Assembly (NCBI GenBank): GCA_964016885.1
Contig: OZ024745.1
Location: 29,388,001-29,452,000, forward strand
From: Eledone cirrhosa
Taxonomy: Eukaryota
Direction of reading: 5' to 3'
DNA length: 64,000 nt
Positions 20,850-33,281 of this stretch are shown here, piece after piece; within the stretch, counting starts at the first letter, position 1; each line of letters starts with the position of its first letter. The translations under genes were made by a program, and so were the position numbers. The notes under the pieces are model-generated. The model was given only the letters and a program-made list of their open reading frames with translations. It searched no databases and was not told the origin of the DNA.

Positions 20850-23100
20850 GAATATGATAGCGTGTGTAGCATCAGTGCCACGGAAGCGGAAAATAACCAC
20901 CCCAAAAGTGCAATCTGGGAAACTTCAGCGGTCCGACTTGCCAGGAAAGAACGTCGGAACGCTGAACGGGAATATAAACTGCATAGATCAGATGCCAACA
21001 GAACAAAGCGGAATAAATCTTCTAACCATCTCAAGCAAGTGACAAAGAAGGCAGTGCTTGAATTTGAACAGTGCATCGCAACCAATCCTGACAGTAAGGT
21101 GTTCTGGAAATATGTTCATTCAAAGCAGAGACCTCACTCTCCAGTTGGTCCTCTTCGCAATCCCCACACAAGCCAGATCACTGACGATCCCAAGGAATGC
21201 GCAGAACTCATTGCTGAGTGCTATGCAAGTATTTTTACTGTTGAAAACCAGAATGTACCATCTCTAACATCAAATTCCATAACAACTATGGAATTTACAC
21301 CTGCAATGTTGCGACGTCACCTTAAGAATAAGCACAACTATGCCTCCCCTGGTCTTGATGGTGTGACATACCTGCTTCTCAAACGTGGCGGGGATTTCCT
21401 TTTGAGCCAGCTTTTTTTTTTCTTTCAATACTGTTTGAGCATTGGTGCTACTCCGGAGCAGTGGAAAACTGCCAGTGTCATTCCCCTGTTCAAAAAGGGC
21501 AACCGCATGTCACCTGTCAACTATCGTCCAGTCAGTCTTACTAGCTGTATGGCCAAACTGATGGAATCCTGTGTCAGAGAAACACTTTGGAACTTCTGGA
21601 GCTCTCACAGCCTCATCCAGCCCTCACAGTTTGGATTTATCCCTAACTCCAGCTGCTGTGATCAGCTTATCGAGTTCCTTGAGGACATCACCCGGATCAC
21701 TGACAGCGGCTCATGGGTGGATGTTGTTTATCTTGACTTTGCTAAGGCTTTTAATTCTGTGCCACACAAAAGACTTATGGCAAAACTCTCTGCAATGGGT
21801 GTGAGGGATGATCTTTTCGACTGGCTGAAATCCTTCATTCTCAGCCGAAAGGAAGTAGTCACGGTTCTAGGACAGCATTCTTCACCATATGAGATGTCAT
21901 CTGGTGTACCACAGGGATCTGTTCTTGGTCCTCTTTTGTTTGTGGCATATATTAATGGCATAGATGCCAACTTACAGAATGCCACGGTACTAAAATATGC
22001 AGATGACATCAAGCTGTACCTTGAAATCAAAAGGACTGATCCTGAAATTTACAACTCTTTCCTACAATCTGACCTGGACACAATGCAGCAATGGATCACA
22101 GACTGGCAACTGAAGCTGGCTGTGGACAAGTGTACCACCATGCATTTTGGAAGGAAAAATCCAGCGTCCACATACTCCCTCCACAACACTGACATCAAAA
22201 AGTCCTCTTGTGAACGTGACCTGGGCATTACTGTCAGCAACGATTTGCGTTGGACAAAGCATGTCTCTAAGATTGTCAAGAAGGCCGAGGGTGTCTTGGC
22301 ATCACTCAGCAAGACCTTTGTTAGCCGCTCTCCAGCCATCTATTTAAAACTGTATACAGCTATGGTGCGACCACACTTGGAATTCGCATCATCAGTCTGG
22401 AACCCCTATCTTGCTCGGAACATTGACCTCCTGGAAACTGTTCAGAGACGTGCAACCAAGCGCATACCCTCCATCAGACACCTACCATACTCAGAACGCC
22501 TTGCTTCCCTGGGCATGGATTCATTGAAGCTCCGACGTCTGGCAATGGACTTGGTGAATACCCACAAAGTTTTTAACCATCTCGCCAACTGCAACCCTGA
22601 GTGCCTCTTTGATCTCCATGTGTCTAACACACGTGGACATGCCTACAAGATAAGAAAACAGCACAGCTCCCATGACTTTCGTAGACATTTTTTCACGCTC
22701 AGAGTTGCTGAAGCATGGAACAAACTGCCTGCGTCAATTGTTAGCTGCCGAGACACTGCATCCTTTAAGACACTCATGCTTCCCGAAATACGCCAAAACT
22801 ACACCTGATGTACCCCTTCCATACACATGCACACATGTGTGTATCATGACTCGTGCACTGTTCATTTTACTGATGTTTGTGCATTGCCCTATGTACTGTA
22901 CATGCACTTTTTTGATGAGTTGTGGTGCACCTGGGCACTGTACACAATATTTCATTATTGTTATTGTTATTATATCATGACTCATACACTGTTTATTTTC
23001 CTGACATTTGTACATTATTCTATGTACTATACATGCACCTTTGATGAGTTGTAGTGCACCTGAGCACTGTACACAATAATTTCATTATTATTATTATTAT
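20850..23100 (+). mobile_element. CR1-like LINE, 5'-truncated, with duplicated 3' end and (ATT)n tail
   Basis: RT ORF followed by 3' UTR; 22842-22970 repeated at about 22973-23100. Confidence 0.88.
20862..22808 (+). CDS. CR1-like reverse transcriptase (partial, uninterrupted 648 aa)
   Basis: NYRPVSLTS, QFGF, YLDFAKAF, GVPQGSVLGPLLF, YADDIK, VRPHLEFAS.VW.P, TRGH, FF..RV...WNKLP. Confidence 0.92.
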   Translation: MCSISATEAENNHPKSAIWETSAVRLARKERRNAEREYKLHRSDANRTKRNKSSNHLKQVTKKAVLEFEQCIATNPDSKVFWKYVHSKQRPHSPVGPLRNPHTSQITDDPKECAELIAECYASIFTVENQNVPSLTSNSITTMEFTPAMLRRHLKNKHNYASPGLDGVTYLLLKRGGDFLLSQLFFFFQYCLSIGATPEQWKTASVIPLFKKGNRMSPVNYRPVSLTSCMAKLMESCVRETLWNFWSSHSLIQPSQFGFIPNSSCCDQLIEFLEDITRITDSGSWVDVVYLDFAKAFNSVPHKRLMAKLSAMGVRDDLFDWLKSFILSRKEVVTVLGQHSSPYEMSSGVPQGSVLGPLLFVAYINGIDANLQNATVLKYADDIKLYLEIKRTDPEIYNSFLQSDLDTMQQWITDWQLKLAVDKCTTMHFGRKNPASTYSLHNTDIKKSSCERDLGITVSNDLRWTKHVSKIVKKAEGVLASLSKTFVSRSPAIYLKLYTAMVRPHLEFASSVWNPYLARNIDLLETVQRRATKRIPSIRHLPYSERLASLGMDSLKLRRLAMDLVNTHKVFNHLANCNPECLFDLHVSNTRGHAYKIRKQHSSHDFRRHFFTLRVAEAWNKLPASIVSCRDTASFKTLMLPEIRQNYT

Positions 23101-23287
23101 ATAAAAGAAAAACGAACACAGATATATACATATATGTGTTCAAATCGCCAGGGATCAGATTCGCTAAGATGAAAAGAATACTAATTATAGACAATAGGGT
23201 TTCCTAGACTTAATTTAAGAATAAATCAAGAAAATAAATACAAATCAGGATTGTGGTAACTACCGATTACCCGGACAGTTTTGATAG

Positions 23288-23340
23288 TACTGTTTCGCAA
23301 TATTATTTGTGAAGAGGAATACCGATTCTTGCTCATCAGT
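23288..23340 (-). ncRNA. Degenerate hammerhead-like motif (stem I not evident)
   Basis: Minus strand: CTGATGA gcaa...ttgc GAAA cag TA. Confidence 0.4.
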
Positions 23341-23720
23341 GGGTGAAGAATTAGTATCCTGGACACTTCTAAGTATATTAAAAAACTGAATAGTGTGTGT
23401 ATATATAATAACACACATGGTATCTGAACTTAGTGGGACTCACAAACTCACACCACTAAAAATAGCAGCCATGTTTACTCGACATTTGAATTAGCCCAAC
23501 AAATTAACGGAGCCGAATATATCAAAGGTATATATTGAGTTAGAAACTCAAAATAGTCTCTTACAATAAAATAGCTCTAGGAAAGAGAAAAATCTCTTTT
23601 GGGTGGTTCTCGAGTTTTAGGGAGTCAGACAGACAGACATTCTCTGTTTTAGATATATAGATGTATAACACCATTTAACATCTATTTTACTGTGCTGTCT
23701 ACACTCATTATATATATACA

Positions 23721-23902
23721 CGGTGGATTGGCAATATCGGTAGAGGGTCGGACGCCATTCTTTGACGCATAGAGTTACGGCCCTTGCCATTGTGAGTTCA
23801 AATGCCGAGGTTAATTTTGCCTTTCATCCTTCCGGGGTCGATAAAATAAAGTACCAGTAATACACTTGTTAATTGCTGGCCTTGTGCCAAAAGTAGAAAC
23901 AA
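23721..23902 (+). mobile_element. SINE family A
   Basis: Matches 25666-25850. Confidence 0.88.
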
Positions 23903-24739
23903 TTTATATATATACACACTCCACATATATTCAGTAGATATATCACTATATGCATCGACTTATACAACTACTCTATATACATTTAATATATACATCCACT
24001 CTACACACACAGGCATATATGTGTATCTACATACTGACGCATACACACTTGTACACGTACTCATACACAGATGCATGCATATGTTCACATATGTGTGGAA
24101 AAACAGACTTTGAATGATAATATATACACATATCTGTACATGTACACATGTGTGTGTGTAGTTTTACTTATACATACATGTTCACACACAGACATACATA
24201 CATACACACACACAGAATTATATACTATTCATACACACACATATACTCACCTAAATATATGTATATATACACACACCCAACTCATCAGCACCATATAATT
24301 TGGACATGTCTAAACTGTTACACAATTAGCATATATAGTAGGGTGTGTATGGGTGGGGGTGGGGGTTGTGGTCATGTGGAGTTTAGCACAGTGGGTGGGT
24401 GGGGATGGAGGGTAGCTATGGTTGGTGGTGTGGTGTGTATTGGGGGAGGGTAGCTATGGTGGTGTGCAGTGCAGTAGGGTGGGGGAGTTATAGCTGGTGG
24501 TGTGGAGTGTAGCAGGTTCAGGGAATTATAATTGGTGGTGTGGAGTGCAGTAGGGTGGATGGTGAGAGAGAGTTATGATTGGTGGTGTAGAATTTATCAG
24601 GGTGTGTGGAGGTTAGTGGTATATGTGGCAGTGAGGATGTGTATGTGGAGGGTAGTCTGAAGGTTAACAGATTATGGGAGTGTGGTGATATTTGTATGTG
24701 GGAGATGTACACAGGTTGTTAGTAGTAAGAGTCTGAATG

Positions 24740-24930
24740 TAATAAACTTTCTCCAATCCTGGGGAAAGCTCCATAGAAGTGGTTGATAGCTCCAGCTACC
24801 TAGGTAGCCTAATAGCATTGGAATACATTCTAAAAGTATAGTAGCTAGTAAAAGAACAGCAAGGAGAAATTTCAGACAGCTACTACCTCTGTTGAGAGCA
24901 AAAGGATTTTCTCAAAATGTGAAAGGCTAA
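24740..24930 (+). pseudogene. Highly degenerate RTE ORF fragment
   Basis: Resembles the IEIVDSFRYLG...ARVRTGWKKFRELIPLL region. Confidence 0.55.
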
Positions 24931-25665
24931 GTCAGTGCTGATCCAGCGTATCTTTGATCAAAGATATTCCAGCTGTGATCATCCTGTGTTTTAATCAAAC
25001 ATATGTGTCTAGAACTACATTATCTAATGTGACCTTTCTTGTTGTTTTGACCCAGGTCAGCTCCGATCTAGCTAACCTATTATCAAAGATATTCCAGCTA
25101 TGGCCATACTGTGTGTTTAACTAAATTTGAATAACAGAGAAGGTGGAATTTGTGAGGCTCACAGATCTGGAGGTTGGATGAAAACATGCCAGATGGTGCT
25201 GGTTAGGCCAGTGCTCCAACTTGCCTTAGGCCATGTTGCATTGGCTGGCGTCCCATTTTCCTTTGGGGTTCTGGATATCTATGGAGGGGAGAGGCAGATG
25301 AACATCTGCAGGGCAGAGGCTGAGTTGGTTCCCTCTTGTGTAGAGCACCTGATAACAGTAGGTTCTTTTATGTTGTGGAGAACCTTCTTAATGAGAACAT
25401 GGCAAGAGGTCACTGACAAAAGAAATGCTGGCAAAGTCAGAGAGACTGGAGACCAGAGACCAAGGCCACTGTATCTGACAGGCAAGGTAGCCTGTTGCTA
25501 TCCAGTGGCCTGTTGTTTCTGTTTTGCTCTAGGCCAGTCCTAAATGTTCCAGCTGTGACCATTCCATCTTTTATTCAGAAATAGTGATTCTAGGACTACA
25601 TTATCTAATGTGTAGTAAGTAGTTAGTATTAATGACTATATCTGGTGTTATTATTTAACATCTAA

Positions 25666-25850
25666 GGGCGGTGGATTGGCAGTATCGGTAGAGAGTCGGA
25701 CGCCATGCTTTCCAGCATAATTACGTCCCTTTACGATCTGAGTTCAAATCCCGCCGAGGTTGACTTTGCCTTTCATCCTTACGGGGTCGATAAAATAAAG
25801 TACCAGTAATGCACTGGGTAATTGCTGGCCTTGTGCCTAAAGTAGAAACA
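25666..25850 (+). mobile_element. Full-length SINE family A with ~18-bp TSD
   Basis: tRNA-like head, GAGTTCAAATCC B box; TSD gttattRtttaacatcta. Confidence 0.9.
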
Positions 25851-26585
25851 GTTATTGTTTAACATCTAGTCAAGTGATTCAGCAAGCCTATGATCAAAGA
25901 TGCTCCAGCCATGACTCTCCTTCTCTTATTCAGACAGTGTATCTAGGACTATATTATCTAGTATGCTGTTCTGATTTAAAAAAAAAGTGAATGTTATTTG
26001 ATGGAGATTTGGCTGTTATATCTAGCAGATTGTTGTTGTTGTTGTTATGGCTTGTGTTATTTCTGTTGTAGCTTGAAATGTTGTTGTTTGTGATATTGTT
26101 GTCGCTAGTTGTTGTTATATTGTTGTATTGTTGTTATATTATTGTTGTTGTTTAGTTCCAGGTTAACCCTGGGCCTTCCATATAGACATGTTTTTCAGAT
26201 GTCAACGACCTCCAATAACCACTTTCGCTCTCTTCTGGCCATATTTTTAATGAGATGTGCTGTATGTTTTAATTAATTTTGTAAATAATCAATACTTCTT
26301 CAAGATTTATATCATATAACAACCAACTTAGTTAACATTACATGATATAAGATTTTAATTTAAATATAAGACATGAGATCTCATAAAACTTAAAAAAACG
26401 AAAAGGAGCTGATTGTGAGATCCGACCAAGGAAACCACATTTCTATTGGACTTTCTATTGCCGATATTATCTCCTGGCAGAAGAGTGGAGCCAAGGAAAC
26501 TGTTTCATTTCCATTAGTTTTTCCTTTCTTGTTACTGTCAGTTGCTACAGTCCACCCTGTAAAGTGTTTGGTATTAGAAAGGATA

Positions 26586-26759
26586 TCCACTGTAAATGTG
26601 GTTGGTGTTAGGAAGGGCATCCAGTTGTAGAAAACCTGCCAGATAGTCCTGTATGAGCGAGACACGGTCACCCAACCATTCTTGCCTCAAGTGGGACAAT
26701 TCCCGTCTAACCCATGCTAGCGTGGAAGATAGGCGTTAAACAATGATGATGATGATGAT
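26586..26759 (+). mobile_element. RTE 3' end fragment
   Basis: 3' UTR and GAT tail. Confidence 0.82.
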
Positions 26760-27543
26760 CCAGCCTTTCTAATACCAAATATGCCAGAGTAGGGGACATA
26801 TGAGCAACATGTGATTATCTGACCATGTCCTGTCTCATCTCAGACTGTGGTGACCTGTCTAATCCATGCTAGGCTGGTAAAAAGGATGTAAAATAAGGAT
26901 GATAGTCTTTATAAAACATGAGGTTTTGTATTGTCAGTGCAGAGGTGGTCACAGGTTTTAGGTTTGTATCAAAAGATTGTAATGTCAAGGCCCCAAATTT
27001 ATTATTAAAGTTGTAACCAAACTGTTTCAGGGCTTCGATATATAGTTTATTTAGGTTGCAGTAAATGTTAATGAACAGAACTGTTTGCTGGGAATAACAA
27101 ATGCATAAGGAATAAGTTAAACAAACCAAAATAAGCACATATACATGAGTAAACAAATATGGAGAGATTTCTTCTCACATGAATATTTCCAAATAATTCA
27201 TCTCCAAACAAACATGAATAACCATTACATATTAGTAGTATTAATGTCTTTATTATTATTATTGGTTGTTTGAGTTGGTTGATTGTTTTATGTTTTTGTT
27301 GTGGAACTACATCATGTGGGTTGAGTTGGAAGGATACAAACAGAAATTGCATTACTGTGGCAGCTTGCTTTCTTTCTTTACAGATTACATTATATATATA
27401 TATATAAATATATATATATATAATATATTATATATATATATATATAATATATTATATATATATATATATATAATATATATAATATATATATAATATATTA
27501 TATATATATAATATATATAATATATATATAATATATTATATGT

Positions 27544-27991
27544 ATCGTTTCTGAATTTGTTTAGCAAGATTCTTTATCTGAAATCGTGTGTTGAAACCGA
27601 TATTGTTATACTTTGGGAGGGTCATGTTGCCAATAAGAAACACACGCACCAGTTGCTTTCACTTCAATTTATTATAATAAATTTATAATAAATTTATAAA
27701 TTTATAAATTTCTGGTTGGTTGGTTGGTTGGAAACAAAATGGCGTAGGACAGAACAAAGGAGAGGCACAGAAACAAAGAAAGGAATCCCCAGTCACTGAA
27801 GAGGTCACAGAGTGTGTGACGAAAGAACTATGACAATATATAAACAACTATCTGGTTGTGGAACCAACCAACCAACCAGAAGTTTATAAATTTATAAATT
27901 TATTATAAATTTATTATAATAAATTGAAGTGAAAGCAACTGGTGCGTGTGTTTCTTATTGGCAACATGACCCTCCCAAAGTATAACAATAT
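27544..27991. mobile_element. Solo inverted-pLTR mini-element of the Penelope family (arms about 27600-27729 and 27862-27991)
   Basis: Built only from leader and 3' UTR sequence of the 11297-16485 element; embedded in TA-rich microsatellite. Confidence 0.88.
27791..27835 (+). ncRNA. Minimal type I hammerhead ribozyme
   Basis: Same motif as 16307-16351. Confidence 0.82.
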
Positions 27992-28080
27992 TATATATAT
28001 ATATATATAAAATATATAATATATATATAATATATTATATATATATATATATATAATATATATATAATATATTATATATA

Positions 28081-28414
28081 TCATCATCATTCATCATCAT
28101 TTCATTTTACATCCGCTTTTCCCTGCTTGCAAGGGTGGGACGGGAACTGATTCTGGCTTGATTTCTACAGCTGGATGCCCTTCCTAACACCAACCTCATT
28201 TACAGTGAGTGCTGGGTGCTTTTTTGTCATGGCACCTCCACGACCACTTTACAGTGGAATGATATGGGCCCCAGTCTCTATCATCTCATTTCTACAGCTG
28301 ATTAAACTGGAGCAATGTGAAATAAAGTGTCTTGCTCAAGGAAACAACACATCACCTGGTCTGAGTATTGAACTCGCAACCTTTCGAATGCTCTAACTAC
28401 TAAGCCATGTGCCT
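28081..28414 (-). mobile_element. SINE family B, abutting the tail of an RTE
   Basis: Reverse complement of 20416-20754. Confidence 0.88.
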
Positions 28415-30485
28415 ATCATCATCATCATCGTTTAACATCCATTTTCCATGCTAGCATGGGTCTGGACGGGAATTGTCCCACTTGAGGCAAGATTGGTTGT
28501 CTTGTTCAGGACTGTCTGGCGGGTTTTCTACGGCTGGATGCCCTAACACCAACCACGTTTACAGTGTGGACTGGGAGGTTTTTACCGTGTTACCTACACG
28601 GTCACATTACAGCGTGGACTGTGTGTTTTATTGTCGTGACACCTACACGTCTGGCGGGTTTTCTACGGCTGGGTGCCCTTCCCAACACCAACCACGTTTA
28701 CAGTGTGTACTGGGAGGTTTTTACCGTGTTACCTACATGGCCACATTACAGCGTGGACTGTGTGTTTTTTTGTCGTGACACCTACACGACCTCATTTGTT
28801 TCGGACTGGATGTTGTGGTACCAACATAACTTCACATTTAAGGGTGGGGGGTGGGGGGGGGTAGTGGGACGGGGGTGTATTTTGTTAGAGGTGCCTACTG
28901 ACTGTAGGTTTCGCTTTGTACTTAGGCAAGGCGGATCTTCTGTATAACTGTGTAGTGACATTGTCTTGGAGAAGTGTAAGTGTGTGAGGTCAGAATTTAT
29001 CAAGTCCCACGTTTTTCTGGGTCTGCCTACTCTGTGGCTACCGTCTATTTTTATCGCCCTGCACTTTTTTATACAGCTGTTGTCTTTCATGCGCATCACG
29101 TGACCGTACCAACGTAGTCTTCTCTCGAGTAAACAACATCTGATCCCTCTTATTCCTAATTTCTCCCTTAGTTCGTTTATGCTTTGCCGTTCACGTATAT
29201 TACTATTACACATCCAGCGGAGCATGCAAGCTTCGTTTCTCTCCAGTCTGCGTATATCCTCTGCACACAATGCCTAGGTCTCACTGCCATGTAACATTGC
29301 TGTTCGTATGCAGGCATCATACAGCCTGCCTTTCATTTTTAGAGAGAACCCTTTAGCGGCCAATAGTGGTATAAGCTCTCTGAACTTTTTCTATCCCGTT
29401 CTGACTCTAGCTACTGTACTTTCAGAGCACCCTCCCCCACTGCTGATTTTGTCACCCAGGTAACGGAAGCTGTCCACTATTTCTATAGAACCATCTGTGC
29501 AATGGAATGAGCTAGTATTCTGTGGGCACTTGCTGCTACTTATTGCACCAGAGCACCGGCCACATATAAAATCTATATTCTTAGTTAGCTTACCTGTGAT
29601 CCCACTACATCTTTTATGCACCCATACTTTGCATTTGGGACATAAAATGGAGTTTCTGCCTACCCCTTTCCTACACACTGAGCATGGCCATTTCCCAGAT
29701 GGGACCAGTGCCCTATTCTCCTTCCTACATATTAGGACTTTAGTCTTAGACAAGTTAACTTTAAGGCCTTTTGATTCTAGGCCATGCTTCCATGGAATTT
29801 CTTCTCTAGTTCAGCCATTGATTCGGCTATGAGCGTTAGATCATCTGCGTATAGAAGTTTCCATGGGCAGCCGGTCTTGAACTCCTCCGTTATAGCTTGG
29901 AGGGCGATAATAAATAGTAGGGGTCTAAGGACTGATCCCTGATGAACACCAGCTTTTACGCTAAACTCTTCACTATATTCGTCGTTAATTCTAACCTTGC
30001 TGACTGTTTCTTTATACATGGCTTGTATAGCTCTCACAAGCCATTCATCAACACCTAGTTTTCTAAGAGCCCACCAGATAATGGAGCGGGGGACTCTGTC
30101 AAAGGCTTTCTCCAGGTCTACAAAAGCTAAGTAGAGGGGTTTACTTTTAGCTAGGTACTTCTCCTGTAGTTGTCGTACAATGAAAAGAGCGTCTGTGGTA
30201 CTTTTACCTGACACAAACCCGAACTGCATTTCATCTAGATCAATTCGTTCTCTGATTAGTTGCGCTATTACTTTTTCTGTGACCTTCATGACCTGGTCGA
30301 TTAATTTAATGCCTCTATAGTTACTCCTATCTAGGGCATCTCCTTTACCCTTGTAGCAGTTAATGATGATGCTGCTACGCCAGTCCTTTGGTACAACCCC
30401 ATTCTGTATAACTTGGTTTACTATCCGGGTGACCATAGTGTGTCCCACCGTTCCAGATGCTTTCAGCATTTCAGCAACTATTTTC
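28415..30485 (-). mobile_element. Degraded 5'-truncated RTE LINE (stops, frameshift, 3' UTR duplication)
   Basis: ORF pieces 29777-30469, 29391-29753 and 28782-29270 are homologous to 8372-10279. Confidence 0.92.
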
Positions 30486-30490
<5 letters not shown>

Positions 30491-30532
<42 letters not shown>

Positions 30533-30541
30533 TATAATATA

Positions 30542-30592
<51 letters not shown>

Positions 30593-30602
30593 CTATAATA
30601 TA

Positions 30603-30638
<36 letters not shown>

Positions 30639-30919
30639 TAATATAGTATATATATATATATAGTATAATATAGTATATATATATATAGTATATATATATA
30701 TATAGTATAATATAGTATATATATATATAGTATAATATAGTATATATATATATATATATAGTATAATATAGTATATATATATATATATATATATAGTATA
30801 ATATATATATATATATATATAGTATAATATAGTATATATATATAGTATAATATAGTATATATATATATATATATATAGTATAATATAGTATATATATTAT
30901 AGTATAATATAGTATAATA

Positions 30920-30950
<31 letters not shown>
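30491..30950. repeat. (TA)n interspersed with GTATAATATAG units
   Basis: Direct reading. Confidence 0.9.
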
Positions 30951-32041
30951 CCTACATATACCTACACACCCAACATGCACACAACCCCACTCATACCTAC
31001 AGCCATGCACACATACCTACACACATACATTGATCTACATATATATAGTCACACACACATACACACACACTAGATTAGTTTCTAGATTAAACTGTGCTTG
31101 CTTAACAAAGAATCCAAGAAGTGAAGATTTGTCAAATGTAGAAATGGTAGAAATTTCGATCGATAGCCTTTGGGGAATCCTGCAAACTTGTTCTGCGATT
31201 ATTGATGTGTAACTCAGCTAAGAACAGGGCCCCAAGAGATGGCTTTTAATCAAAATATTACACTGATCAATTTGATGGTGATGGTCGTGGATTCCTCTCA
31301 ACTGGCTTGTCACTTTGTAAGGTAGCAAAGGGTAAAATAAGAAACATAAAAAATAAAATGAAAAACAGACAAGATAAGCATAAATATATTGAACTTTATT
31401 ACTGGGAATTATTCATTCTTCAATTCTCTGGAACCAATTGCTAAAATAGTAGATATTTTGGTACAGATATATGAACACATATATATATATATGAATGCGT
31501 GTATGTATGTATATATATATATATGTATATATATGTTGTAGATATGTGAACATATGATTGTTGCATAAAACTTTTAACCATTTTATTAATTGAAACTGTT
31601 TCTAAATAATAAAGGTGGAAGTTGATGGGAGGATATAGCTACAGAGGACATATTGTTAAGAGTTTTCAGGATTTGTTGGGTTATGTCACAGAGGACACTA
31701 TGCCCCCTCCCCTCACATCCCTTCCCACCCAGGTGCTGCTGTTTATAATACTGAGGAGAGAAAGATGACCAAAATTTAGGCATTGACTGACTGACTCTCC
31801 TTTTTCTGCTAGTCATCACTGATATCTTGAGTACCATCAATTCCTGGTCTACCATTTTCTCTGCCAGTTGAGGGTACAAAGGCAACATGTTTACAAGACT
31901 TAGTCTAGGCTTCCATATGTGACTAAACAAGACCCTTTTTTCACTACACTTCTCTGTCAATCTTTAACTACTTTTTTAAACCCTATAATATTGCTAACAT
32001 TTCTGTGAACATTACATCAAGTTTCTTTTATCTATTTACAG

Positions 32042-32206
32042 GTTACAGGCCAATGTAAAAGCCAGTTCAGGTGTTGACTACCCAGCTTATGGTGTAACTG
32101 GCCCTAATAAGGATCGTTTGCCCTCCCCGGGGGACCGCAAACTTGCACAAAGTGCACAGATGTATCACTACCAACACCAGAAGCAACAGATGATTGCACT
32201 TGAAAA
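32042..32206 (+). CDS. NPDC1: NPDC1/cab-1-like coding exon: LQANVKASSGVDYPAYGVTGPNKDRLPSPGDRKLAQSAQMYHYQHQKQQMIALE(K)
   Basis: tttacAG acceptor, GTAAGT donor, phase 2-2; family motif GD.KLA.SA.MYHYQHQKQQM. Confidence 0.92.
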
Positions 32207-32599
32207 GTAAGTCACAATATGCATACTTCCTTTTTTTATTTTATTTTTATGAATTAATAAATTTATTTTAAAATTAATCAAATTATCTTCTGCAAATGTC
32301 AAAAAAGAAAATGAAAATAAACCCTAGTTTAACTTTTGAAGTTCCTGTTATATTGGATATGAGTATGTGTAGGTGGGTCAAATGAAAATACCTAAAGTTT
32401 GACCTGGTGTTGTTGAGGGAAGCCAAGACATTCACATCGGATAGAAAGTGGTAACAACCTTAATGTACCAAAACCATAGTGATTTCCAGAGGTTGACTGA
32501 GGAGATGAGACTGTCCATCTTGCGATTGTTTTTTCCATTGTCTTTGACCTGTGTGCTCCCTATTTTGAATATATATATGTATGAGCTCAGAGACAGAAG

Positions 32600-32960
32600 A
32601 CAACACAGAAGAGAAGGTGATGGAACTTGAGAGAGCTACTACAAAAGGTCTTTGTCTACAAATGAAAGGCTAGCTGAAGGATGTCTGTGTGGGATATGCA
32701 ATGTTGCATGGTAGTGAGACATGGGCATTGAATGCCGAGGATATGCAAAGGCTTGAGGGAAATGATTCAAGCTTGCTTTGATAAATGTGCAATGTTAATG
32801 TACATGGATGATAAAGCATAGATGAGTTGAGAGAAAAGATGAGTATAATAGGAATCAGTTGTAGTGTGCAAGAGAGAAGACTGTGATGGTATGGACATAT
32901 GATGCATATGATTGATGATTGCTGGGGGAAGAAGTGCCAAGAAATACTAGTGGAAAGAAT
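32600..32960 (+). pseudogene. Degenerate RTE ORF C-terminal fragment
   Basis: AMLHGSETWALNAED...RRL*WYGH remnants. Confidence 0.7.
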
Positions 32961-32971
32961 GATGATATATA

Positions 32972-33067
<96 letters not shown>

Positions 33068-33194
33068 TACATACAGTTCTATCTGAGCAAGGTATGGCAC
33101 AGCCAGCTGGCCAGACTTCTTTCATAATGTGGGCAACCCATCTAACCAATGCAAGCATAGAAAAATAGATGGTAAACAGGGATGATGAAGATGA

Positions 33195-33278
33195 TACTCT
33201 CCTAAAGTATAACAATATCTGTTTCAACACATGTTTTCAGATAAGAAATCTTACAAAGCAAATTAAAAAATGAAGTAT
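33195..33278 (+). mobile_element. Old remnant of the Penelope leader and ORF start
   Basis: ctcctaaagtataacaatatctgtttcaacac... Confidence 0.65.
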
Positions 33279-33281
33279 ATA

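Noticed and set aside
25127-25543. 138-aa ORF in relatively GC-rich sequence
   Set aside because: Non-ATG start, no recognisable motif, lies between degenerate repeats
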